DNA of 64,000 bases from the human T2T-CHM13v2.0 reference genome, Homo sapiens. This document shows, piece by piece, positions 12,886 through 24,129 of this stretch. Below the pieces are notes generated by a model. It saw nothing but the letters and a program-made list of their open reading frames with translations, was not told the origin of the DNA and made no database searches. The DNA lies in assembly GCF_009914755.1 (NCBI RefSeq), contig NC_060928.1; one strand, 5' to 3'. How positions within the stretch are numbered: position 1 is the stretch's first letter; the number at the start of each line of letters is the position of its first letter. Position numbers and translations under genes: made by a program.

Positions 12886-13680
12886 AAATATATTCAATAG
12901 ACTTGGTTATAAAACGTAGAACAAATAGGTGACATATCATTACAGAAAATTTACCTTTAAAAATAGGTGACTAACGATTAACAATTAAGAAATAAACTTA
13001 AGCCTTTAAAATTTTCCTTTCTGTAGAATAGATTATTCCTTCAAAAAAACCTGAAAAATGAAGCATTACACTTTCATTATTAAGAACTGAGGGGACACAA
13101 AGTGCAGGAAAAATGAGATTTAACTGGGCTAATTTGGAGAAAGTCTTCAGAAATAGTTAAGGTTTAATCCACAAGAAAGATTTCCCAGAAGACAGACAGA
13201 AAGGGCAGGCACCTGTAGGATCTTGTCAGGAATCTTAGAGATCGTGTGGCTCTCCTACTTGGAGAATTCAAGAAGCCTCCAGCTAGAATCCAAGTCTATT
13301 GATTTACAGACATAGGGGAGAAAATTGATCTGTGAAAGGCTCTGAGAGAAAGAGGAGGTTGAGCCAAGGAGTCACAAAACAAGAAAAAGAATAAATGGTT
13401 AGGCATTGGAAGATCTGAGGCCCTACTAACTTAATGGGCAAGTATTCATTTCATCTCCAGAGGAGTTGGCCAAATTGTGCCAAAGGCAGCTTTACACCCC
13501 AATTAAAATTCTCTGATTTTAAATGAGACTTCCTCTTTAAGCCTGGGAAGGGGTTATTATTCAGAAGGTATTAAGCAACTGTTCATCACCTCCAATAAGT
13601 ACCGGATGTGAGGAAAAAGATAGGTTAATTCTAACAGAATTTATTGCTTGTTATTAAATCCCAGAATGAGGTCCTGAGAA

Positions 13681-14190
13681 CAATCTGCCACCAAATTAAT
13701 CTTAAGTACCACTTTGATTGTGTCATTGGCCTTTGCCAAACCCCCATGGCTTTTTGTTGCTACCAACTCAAGTCTCACTTGCTCAGATTTCTGTGGTCTG
13801 GCCCCACTGTGTCTGGGCAGACTCATCGCCCACCCTCCCTGTCCCCATGCCTAAAGTCACGTGATAACCCATAAATCCATTAACCCCTTAATCCATGAAT
13901 GGATTAACCCATTTATGCATGTAGAGCCCTCATGAACTAATAATCTCTTAAAGGTCCCACCTTTCAATACTGCTGCATTGGGTGTTAAGTTTCAATATGA
14001 GTTTCAGAGGAGACAAACATTTAAACCATAGCACCTAGTAATGCCTAGATAACTCCAGGCAAAGTGGGGCCAGACCACAGAAATCTGAGCAAGTGAGACT
14101 TGAGTTCGTAGCAACAAAAAGCCATGGGGGTTTGGCAAAGGCCAATGACACAATCAAAGTGGTACTTAAGATTAATCTGGTGGCAGATTG
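13681..14190. repeat. 128-bp near-perfect inverted repeat (13681-13808 / 14063-14190), 254-bp spacer
   Basis: Arm alignment by eye gives 126/128 identity. Confidence 0.95.
13857..14033 (-). mobile_element. MSTD-like MaLR LTR, abruptly truncated
   Basis: Natural end ...gacaaacatttaaaccatagca at 14033; other end cut at 13857. Confidence 0.8.
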
Positions 14191-15464
14191 CCAAAGTGTC
14201 AATTTATTTTATTATTTATCTAGCACTTATATCCTGCCTTGTGGCTTCATTATGTGTACACATTCATTGATCATCTCTGGTATCCTTAACATATCCCTCA
14301 CAGTATCTTAGTACAGCTTAGCGAGCTATAAACAAGGGAGTGGTTATTCCATTGATCCTTTTAGAAAATAAGACAGAATGGTTTCCTATCAGTCTTGGAT
14401 AACATAAAGTTCTGATTAAGAAGCAGGGAAAAGATTAAGAATACGCCTAATTAATGTTCACAAGTTTCCAGTTTGACATGCATATTCACTCTTCTTGTTG
14501 GGTATCCAACAAGACCAGTGTTATGCTGTCATGTGTGCTGGTTAATTCCAGATACTGACTTTGATGAAGTGTGTTTTTGTTTATAGTACAGAAAATCAGC
14601 AACAATTTAAGAAAACCAAAAGCACAAAACATGTTATTTTAGGCTATACATTTTTAATATATCCAACAAGTGAGAATCATATGTATTTGTAAATTAGTTA
14701 AAATTAGGAATTGAGAGTGAGGAGGACAAAAGGAGACAGTTGGGAAGGGATGAAGAGAGGCAAAACAATATGAGGCTTCCTGATAGAGAGAAGAATAAAT
14801 GATTTAGTGCCAATGATGAACTGAATTGGAAATTTACCCCTTTAAAAACCATGATTAAAAGTATGAATATATTCCTCAAACTTTGAGAAACATTCGATTA
14901 AAATTAGAGAAAGTACTCTTATTTCACTCTAGGAAGTAAAAACAAACAAACAAAAACAAAAACAAACAAACAAACAAGAAAGAAAGATGGAGACCTTTGT
15001 AGTGAGGGCAAGGAAGCCATATTTCATTAGTAAATAGTGGCAAAACTGGAGATAGAATTTCAAATCTGTCCTGTAGGCAAAGTGATTGGATTTATTGATT
15101 GTACTAATATATGCCTAATTCTGCATGGCAGTACATATATTAAATTCCATTGGCCTGCAGCTGAGGATCCCTACACCAAAACACATACAATCCCTGGAAC
15201 ATTTTGCATTTCCCCAGCGTTGGAAGTTTTATAGATCTCTGTGTTACTGTGGTCATTTATGTTTATGTTTCATTTACGATAACTCCCTCAGGATGGATGG
15301 TCACTTGGTAAAATCATCACATTGGAAAAAACACTGATATTAATAACCTGATTTGATGTAGGGGAAAATAATGCCATCATAAGATAAATCAGCATTCCTT
15401 TCATCTCAAGTTTGGAATTCCTAACTCTATGTATGGCTCAGACCTTAGATTTTAAAAGGTCTTT

Positions 15465-18380
15465 TTTTTTTTAATGTAAAACCATTTGTTTAATTCTAAA
15501 TCAAATCACTTTCACAACAGTGAAAATTAGTGACTGGTTAAGGTGTGCCACTGTACATATCATCATTTTCTGACTGGGGTCAGGACCTGGTCTTAGTCCA
15601 CAAGGGTGGCAGGAGGAGGGTGGAGGCTAAGAACACAGAAAACACACAAAAGAAAGGAAAGCTGCCTTGGCAGAAGGATGAGGTGGTGAGCTTGCCGAGG
15701 GATGGTGGGAAGGGGGCTCCCTGTTGGGGCCAAGCCAGGAGTCCCAAGTCAGCTCTCCTGACTTACTTAGCTCCTGGCAGAGGGTGAGTGGGGACCTACA
15801 AGGTTCAAAATCAAATGGCATTTGGCCAGCCTGGCTTTACTAACAGGTTCCCAGAGTGCCTCTGTTGGTTGAGCTCTCCTGGGTTCACTCCATTTCATTG
15901 AAGAGTCCAAATGATTCATTTTCCTACCCACAACTTTTCATTATTCTTCTGGAAACCCATTTCTGTTGAGTCCATCTGACTTAAGTCCTCTCTCCCTCCA
16001 CTAGTTGGGGCCACTGCACTGAGGGGGGTCCCACCAATTCTCTCTAGAGCAGAGACACTCCAGAGGCCCCTGCAACTTTGGGGATTTCCAGAAGGTGATA
16101 AAAAGAACACTCTTGAGTGGGTGCCCAGGAATGTTTAAAATCTATCAGGCACACTATAAAGCTGGTGGTTTCTTCCTACCAAGTGGATTCGGCATATGAA
16201 CCACCTACTCAATACTTTATATTCTGTCTGTTTAAACACTGAACTCTGGTGTTGACAGGTACAAAGGAGAAGAGATGGGGACTATGAAGAGGGGAGGGCT
16301 TCCCTCATCTTCCTCAAGATCTTTGTTTCCACAAACTATGCAGTCATAATTGAGAAAAAGCAATAGGTGGGGCTTCCTACCATTTGTTGGTTATTGCTGG
16401 GGTTAGCCAGGAGCAGTGTGGATGGCAAAGTAAGAAAGAGGCCCAGAGGAAGCCCATCTCCCCCCAGCTTTGCGGTCTCCAGAAAGAGGCTGGATTTGTG
16501 GGATGAAGCCTAGAAGGCAGAGCAAGAACTGTTCCACCAGGTGAACAGTCCTACCTGCTTGGTACCATACTCCCTCAATAAGATTCAGAGGAAGAAGCTT
16601 GTGAAACTGAAAATCAAATCAAGGTATTGGGAAGAATAATTTCCCCTCGATTCCACAGGAGGGAAGACCACACAATATCATTGTGCTGGGGCTCCCCAGG
16701 CCCTGCCACCTGGCTTTACAAATCATCAGGGGTTGCCTGCTTGGCAGTCACATGCTTCCCTGGTTTTAGCACACATAAAAGGAGTTTTCAGGGAACTCTA
16801 TCAAGCCATACCAAAATCAGGGTCACATGTGGGTTTCCCCTTTCCTTGCCTCTTCATAAAAGACAACTTGGCTTCTGAGGATGGTGGTCTTCTGCATGCA
16901 GTTGGGCTGACCTGACAAAGCCCCCAGTTTCCTGTGGCAGGTTCTGGGAGAGGATGCATTCAAGCTTCTGCAGCCTAGGGGACAGGGCTGCTTGTTCAGT
17001 TATTACTGCCTCGGAGCTCCAAATCCCACCAAAGTCCTGACTCCAGGTCTTTCCTAATGCACAGTAGTCAGTCTCAGCTTCAGCAGTATTCTCGGCTGTA
17101 TGTTCTCAGGCAGAGAGAGGCAGATGCACATAGTTTTAGGGAGAAAGCTGATGGGAAATCTGTGAGTTAAGCCACATGTCTCACCAGGAATAATTTATGC
17201 CAGGAAACCAGGAAGTCATTCAAGTTGTTCTCTGAGGCCAAAGACACTGAGCACAGCCCAGAGCCAATAAAAGATCTTTGAGTCTCTGATGAATTTACGA
17301 AGTGACCCCAGCTTTAGCTACTGCAATTATGATTTTTATGGGACAGCAATTTCTTGCATCTCTACAGAGGAAGAAGAGGGGGAGTGGGAGGGGAAGGAAA
17401 GAGAACAGAGCGGCACTGGGATTTGAAAGGGGAACATCTCTATCTGAGGAGCCCCCACTGGCTTCAGAGGCAACTTACCAAGGGGTATTTAAAGACATGA
17501 AAATTTCCAGAAATACCATTTGGTGCATCCCTTTGTTTCTGTAATATTAAACTCAGGTGAAATTATACTCTGACAGTTTCTCTCTTTCTGCCTCTTCCCT
17601 CTGCAGAGTCAGGACCTGCAGAACTGGCTGAAACAAGATTTCATGGTGTCACCCATAAGAGAGGACTCAATGCCAAGGCCTGAGGTTATAGGGTGTTTAC
17701 AGCAGTGGCGATACTCAGGGGTCATCGCCAACTGGTCTCGAGTTCCAAAGCTCTGATGAAGAAACAAGACTCCTTGATGTGTTACTGATCCCACTGATTC
17801 CAGGAGTCAAGATTAGCCAGGAAGCCAAACACCAGGAGTTGGGGTGGCATGTCACCAGTCCAGAGCCCTGCCACGGATGTAGGCAGGAGCCCAGCATTAG
17901 GCAATCAGGAGCCAGAACATGATCACCAGGGCCACAAATAGGAAGAGGCGTGACAGGAACTGCTCGTCCACATACTGGGGTGTCCCAGGGACAGCTGGAG
18001 GAGGCCGCCCATCATTTATATTAAATGCTGTGGCAAATATCCCAAAGGGAAATGCCCCAATTCCAAAAGACATCTGGAAGCCACCATCTCCAAATCCAAA
18101 TCCTTGAAATCCCTCTGGATTGGTGTGGTTATAAGTGACTTTTTTCCCCCTCTTTTCCTTTCTGTATTTTACAAGTTTTCCTTTACTTTTATAATCAAGG
18201 AGAAAAATTGTAAGGCTAAGAAGGAAACGTCTAAAGCCATCAGCTCATTTGTAGAAGCTTCTCCTAGAATGTTCCTCACCCCTCTATTCTCCGGCTCTGG
18301 CCTCTGTCCTTGAGGACGAGGAGGGGTCTTCTCCCTGGGGTCCTGTTGCCCAGTGCTGCTCCTTCCATAGAGGGGGATGA
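15465..18380 (-). pseudogene. RNF185: Processed pseudogene (retrocopy) of RNF185, 5'-truncated (RING domain missing), with complete ~2.4-kb 3' UTR
   Basis: Minus strand translates [33 protein letters not shown] (18378-18280) and [24 protein letters not shown]...[24 protein letters not shown] (18112-17897), the RNF185 C-terminus; ATTAAA at 15494-15489; poly(A) remnant 15462-15472; TSD taaaaggt(c/a)ttt at 15453-15464 and 18381-18392. Confidence 0.93.
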
Positions 18381-18581
18381 TAAAAGGTATTTAAAAAAAA
18401 AAAAAAAAAAAAAAAGAGGAGAAAGCGCTCACATATGACAGTTGTTCTAAAAACTGTGAATTTCAAGCATTTCTCTCTTAAAACTAGTCCAAAATATTCT
18501 CATCACTTTTAGGAAGCTCTACATCCCTAATTAAGTAAAAAGTTCCTTTCTTTACCTTCTTCTTTTTCTTTCCAGGAAGAA

Positions 18582-18668
18582 AAGTCTCACTTGCTCAGAC
18601 TTCTGTGGTCTGGCCCCACTGTGTCTGGGCAGACTCATCGCCCATCCTTCCTGTCCCCATCCCTAAAG
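18582..18668 (+). repeat. 87-bp direct copy of 13770-13856
   Basis: 83/87 identity by eye. Confidence 0.95.
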
Positions 18669-19218
18669 GTCCAGTCAATCTGGCTGCCACCAGTCTTCAG
18701 ATATTTCTTCCAGAAAAAGAAGAAGGCAAAGAAATTTTTAAATTTAATAAACTTTATTCTTGTTGGTGGAAGAGGGAGGGGAAATAAAAGCCACCTACTC
18801 CACTCCTCTCAATAAATTAAATAACACATAGCCAATTCCCAGACCCTAAGCAAACCTTGGGCACTTGAGCCAGTCCCACTGTTTCTTTATGGCCCAGTCT
18901 GCTTCTTCTTCACAGAAGAGAGTTTTTCCTACTGCTGCCAGGTTATGTCATGACCACGGGCCACATCCCCTCTATGGAGAGGGTCCCAGGCCCAGAGAGG
19001 ATGTTAGGGGTGGCCAGGGAAAGGAAGAAGGGGATGCTCTTCCTCAAAGATTGGGGCAGAGAGGACAGGTCCTGGAGTAGAGCTGTGGCTGACTGTTCCT
19101 CCCTCCTCAGCTTCCCCCAGATGTGGGTACAGGAAGAGCAGGAGAGTAATGGATCCTTTCTTCAGGGAGTATCAAGAGCCCAAAGGGACCCCTAGAGCTA
19201 ATGAGGCCACCGAGAAAA

Positions 19219-19254
19219 AGTTAATTTAAGGAATTTCAATTCCTTAAATTAACT
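19219..19254. repeat. Perfect 17-bp inverted repeat, 2-nt loop
   Basis: agttaatttaaggaatt-tc-aattccttaaattaact. Confidence 0.95.
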
Positions 19255-19368
19255 AATTGACAAAATGCCATGTTTTGTGGAAAAACAATGATAACATCAG
19301 TTATGGAATAAGGAAAGAACCTAAAATATTCCATTGCAAATAACAAAATCTACCTTCTTTAGGTTGTT

Positions 19369-19516
19369 TTCTGTTTTGTTTTGTTTTGCTTTTGTAGAGA
19401 TGGGGTTTTGCCATGTTGCCCAGGCTGGTCTAGATCTCCTGACTCAAGTTATCCACTCCACCTGCCTCAGCCTCCCAAAGTGCTGGGATTTCTGGTGTGA
19501 GCCACCACACCCAGCC
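19369..19516 (-). mobile_element. FLAM / Alu left monomer
   Basis: Single Alu monomer with (GTTTT)n tail; TSD taggttgtt at 19360-19368 and 19517-19525. Confidence 0.85.
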
Positions 19517-19882
19517 TAGGTTGTTATTCTTATAAGGATTTTTTTTTTGTCCTTGTGAGGTATCATGTGAGTGTATGTGTGTGTGTTTAAATTGATTTTT
19601 TGAGTTTTTGGTGGTGGTGGTGGTGGTGTTTAATCGGCAGCCTAGATGCTTTTCCTTGTTATCTGATGTGATAATGATAGAAATGTTAGATGACTATGAT
19701 AGAGATACTGGACCATAAATGTTATGCTAATCTCATAAGAGTAGTTACATGTAAATAACATGCACAACTAAGTACACATGGTGCTTGTATTGGATTTTAC
19801 ATGAATTAAAATGTCTTAGTGTCAGATATCCCCATCAGAATTAACTTTCCCCTTAAGTAAATTCCTGTGACACTTGAGTGTC

Positions 19883-20283
19883 TGTTATGGTTTGGCTCTA
19901 TGTCCCCACCCAAATCTCATGTGTAAGTGTAATCCCCACGTGGTGAAGGTGGGGCTTGGTGGGAAGGGACTGGATCATGGGGGTGGTTTCTAATGGTTTG
20001 GCACCATTCCCCTAGTGCTGTCTTGTGACAGAGTTCTCACGAGATCTGGTTGTTTAAAAGTGTGTGGCACTTCCTCCTTCACTCTCTCTTTCTCCTGCTC
20101 CACCATTGTGAAGAGATGTGCATGCTTTCCCTTAACCTTCTGCCATGATTGTAACTTCCCTGAGGCCTCCCAGTCATGCTTCCTGTTAAGCCTGAGAAAA
20201 TGTGAGTCAATTAAACCTCTTTTCTTTATAAGTTACCCAGTCTCAGGTAGTTCTTTATAGCAGTGTGAGAATGGACTAATACA
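19883..20283 (+). mobile_element. MSTA solo LTR (MaLR)
   Basis: tgttatggtttggctctatgtcccc...ggactaataca; 5-bp TSD gtgtc/gtgcc. Confidence 0.88.
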
Positions 20284-21596
20284 GTGCCCATCCAGTTTAT
20301 ATTACAGACTGCCTCATTTTCCAGTAATTTGTAAAGGCAAAGGAAATGTGGGAAGCCCCACTCAACAGCTACTCAACCCAGAGACGCTAAGCTGGGTTGG
20401 GAGTTTGATGCAACCTAGGTTAATGTTTCCTAATGAAAAAAAAGAAGAAATTGTAAATAGAAATTTTCGCTCAGCCATAGCAGCTGACAGGGGTCACACC
20501 AACTAAGAGAGGCCAGTAAAATTGCCTTTGTAAAGGGGAAAGAAGAAAGAGGAGGGAGGGCAATGCTTAGAGGAAAGTTCAGCAAAGATTTTAAGAGAAA
20601 AGGGATGGGGGTCAATGAGAAGAGGACCAAGAGAAAGGCGTTATTTTCATGCATGTTTAAGGGGCATGCATTAACTGAGCCAATGCAAGTCAAATTAGAT
20701 ATGTATTGATTAATGTTAATTCTATAAATAAGATAAAAGTGATCAAAGAATGAAAGAAAAATTCTGGCCAGTGATGACTACTTTGTAATTTAGATAATTT
20801 TACTTTTATATGATTCAAGACTATCCCTTAGACAAATAGTTATAGTTTCAGAAGAACCAAATTGGAATGCTCCGTGTTTCACCCATTTAAAAGCCTGATA
20901 TTTATGGTGCTGGCTCAGCTCAGCCCTTAATTAGTAAGCTTGAATATTTGGTTCCCTCAGTGGAGTGTGTCACTTTTACCTATTGATCCTGGCTTTGAAG
21001 CTAGACTACCAGAGCCTGGGATGGATCTGCCTTTAAGTATTAGGGCTTTCAATCTTCTAAATTATTATGACTGGGCTCTATTGACTTAGTCTATTGGGGG
21101 AGATTCCTATAGGTGCCTTGTTACTGATTTTTGCTCTCTCCACCTACACTTTAATTAATAGAGTGAACACCTTCTGCTTAGTAAGAACAGTCCTTCTCAC
21201 AGTAAAATCTAATTCTACTCTTAATGAAAGTTTAATGTATATTCTGTTACATCCTGTGACCTAGCAAGGACAGAAAAATTAAAAGTAGCAGGATGAGATA
21301 GAATGTGAAATACTGCAAGATGGAAATCAAGGAGTCAAGCTGCAACTAGGGACTCAGATCCAACTCCAAATGGCAGGAAATTCAGCCAAGTGATGGTGCA
21401 CTGTATCCAGAGAGAATAGTTCTAGAAGGCTCTGGTTATCATCAGAAAAAAAGAAGAAATAGGAAAAGGAGAGTAGGGCAATCATTTGTGTCATATCATT
21501 TCATTTCTTGCAAAAGCAAAAAGATCTAGTGCAAATACAGCAAAATATGAAGATTTATTAAATCTGGGTAGTGGGTGCATATATATATGTAATAAA

Positions 21597-21785
21597 CTGG
21601 TGGTCCTCAAGATGTGGTCCCCAGATCAGCAGCATCAGCATCACCTGGAAACTTGTTAGAAACGCAAATCTCAGGCCTCACTCTAGACCTACTGAATCAG
21701 AAGTTCTGGGGATAAAACCCAACAACTTGTGTTTTAACAAGCCTTCCAGGTGATTATGGTACACACTAAAGTTCAAGAACCAATG
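21597..21785. mobile_element. MER5A
   Basis: cagcagcatcagcatcacctggaaacttgttagaaacgcaaatctcaggcc...ttttaacaagcc. Confidence 0.88.
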
Positions 21786-23076
21786 TAATAGAGTATTCAT
21801 TCTCTCTACTTTTCTATATGTTTCTTAAAAAAAACAATCACAGTAGTAATGTGAGAGTCCTGACAAGGGGAGTCGGTGGAGGGCAGCTATGGAGAGGGGT
21901 TCAATTGGCCTGGCCATCAGCAGAGTTTCAGAAATAGGTCCTTGGTGCCCTGCAGAGTGAGAGATGGGGTGGGCAAGGGCTGGGTTAGAACAAATCAGTG
22001 AAAGCCATGACTGTTGTCTAAAAGGAATGGTGCTGGGCAGGATAACTGCGACAAAGTCTCGAGTACAGGATATTAAGGCAAGGACCTTGTTAGCAAAGGA
22101 CATGCTGGTGTTACCAAGCAGGGTCTCATTTCAGCACTGGACTAACAGCATAGCAAGGCTGACTTGGCGCTAAAATGCTTGGGCCACAGAACTCCCTTTC
22201 CTTTCTCCCTCTTTCACTTCCTACTCATGGGACTCCCTTCATTCTCTTTCTCCCTCCTTCCCTTCCCACCCAGGGTAAACCAAAGGCAAAACTGCAGGGG
22301 AGGGTAAAGGGGCTTCGCAGCAATTGGAGGGTCAGACCAGCCAAGAGTAAGGCAAACTGATGCCTTTAGACAACACTTCTTCCTGTTACCAAGGTGCCCC
22401 TTTACTTGTCTATTTCAGACTTAAGCAACGAGAAGACAGCTAATATTTAACATAATTTCAACTGTATAAAACATAGTATATAGTTTTAAATGCACAGAAT
22501 AAGTTTTCCAACAATCATAACCATGAATTATATTTCACAAAACCTCCAAGTCTTCAGATTTGGCCTGAATTAACCCAGATGTTTTTCTCATATTTTGAGT
22601 TTCTCTTATGTTGTTATTCTCTTATGTACACCTTCTTTCATCCCTGAAAGTTCTTAAAGCTCCTGGAGGTTTAATGTGCTGACCTAGAGCTCCCTGCCAA
22701 GACATTAGTACTAATGGCCCAGTCTGAAGAGGTTGCTGTATTAAGACATCAGTGCCTGATGCTTGAGTCACATTTACCTTGCTCAAGGATCCCTTATTAT
22801 TTTGCCTCAACAGTGGATGCTGAGAAGGAAAAAAAACATGCAGAAATGCAGAGAGCCAGAACTCTAACTTTTTAACATTGCTTTTGAATTTAGTACAAAT
22901 GGCACATCATAAACAACAGTATTTCAACACACTGAAGTTTATAGAAACTAGTTGAATTAAGTGTTTTATGTCCTCAAAGAGCTAGCACACCCTGGAAATG
23001 TTTACATTGCAATTCTGTCATTTACAAAAATGTAGGAAAAACACCAAATCGCCTCACAGGGATGTCTAAAATCTCT

Positions 23077-23147
23077 AAGTTCTACTAAAAGGCAAAGTAT
23101 ATCATTATACTAAAGTTCTACTAAAAGGCACAGTATATCATTATACT
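23077..23147. repeat. 36-bp tandem duplication (2 copies)
   Basis: aagttctactaaaaggca(a/c)agtatatcattatact twice. Confidence 0.95.
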
Positions 23148-23328
23148 GTGCTTAAATGATAATCAAGGTACTCATTTCAGTTTCTTTCCTCCAATACAGC
23201 AGTAAAATTTCCCAGGAAGCATGCCATGTGGAATTAGAAGATCTAGGGAAAGTAAACACGTTCCAAAATGAAAATTCCAATTTTGTATTAATAAAAATTA
23301 TTCTGAACACAAACATGATGATAGTAGG

Positions 23329-23823
23329 TGTGGTAAGCAGAATTAATGCTCCTGGGAAGATGGCCACATCCAGATACTCAGAACCTATGAATATGTTAGG
23401 TCACCCAAAGAGAGGTATGATGGTTGTTAATATGGAGACTTTAAAATGGGGAGAGTATCATAGATTATCCAGGTAGCCCCAATGTAATCACAAGGGTTCT
23501 TAAAGGGGAAGTTGTGGGAGGGCAGAAGAGTGACAGCCAGTGAGATGGCAGCAGGAAAACTCAGCCTGAGGCTGCTGGCTTTGAAGGTGGGAAAGGGCCA
23601 TGAGCCAAGGACAGTGGGTAGCCTCTAAAAGCTGGAAAAGGTTAGGAAATGGATTTACCCCTAAAACCTGCAGAAGGAATGCAGTCTTGCCAACACCTTG
23701 GTTTTCAACCAAATGAGACCCATTTCAGAATTCCGACCTTCAGAACTGTAAGATAATAAATTTGTGTTGTCTTAAGTCACTAAGTTTGTGGTAATTCATT
23801 ATAGGCAATAGGAAACTAATAGA
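23329..23823 (+). mobile_element. MLT1D-like solo LTR
   Basis: tgtggtaagcagaattaat...agaactgtaagataataaatttgtgttg...ggaaactaat. Confidence 0.82.
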
Positions 23824-24129
23824 GTTGGTTTCTGTGAGACAGAGTAGAAAAGCCAGAATCTCTGCTTTCTAAGACCTACTTTAGAAACTCATCTATTTTG
23901 AACACTGCTAAGAGGGAGGGGGCGCAGGCAGGTTTCCTGTAGTCATACAGGGCAGGTTCTTCTCTCAATCTCTCTGGTCGTGAATCTTCCCCTACAAGAG
24001 AGAATTCTGGAGGAAAGTAGAGCTGGGTTATGGAGGTGAAGTCTGAGCACTGACTTCTTAATTTATAAATAAGACATTTAGGTCACATCATTTCAAGAGA
24101 AAAACCAGTTCTCTCTCTGAAGTGCCAGG

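Noticed and set aside
13641-14311. Paired ORFs sharing RLE.VATKSHGGLAKANDTIKVVLKINLVADC (and 13644/18591 sharing LWSGPTVSGQTHRP), suggesting a gene family
   Set aside because: By-product of the inverted and direct duplications of an L2-like block; non-ATG or poor starts, no recognisable domain
14493-14514. Short hairpins and micro-duplications (also ~5193, ~25952, ~27232, ~33640, ~47571)
   Set aside because: 8-9-bp stems and 13-27-bp slips are expected background in 64 kb of AT-rich DNA
18113-18279. A complete retained GT-AG intron, implying a DNA-level duplication of RNF185
   Set aside because: No polypyrimidine tract; other coding segments are contiguous; poly(A) and TSD indicate retroposition
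23077-23147. CRISPR-like 36-bp repeat
   Set aside because: Two adjacent copies with no spacer, no cas genes, eukaryotic context
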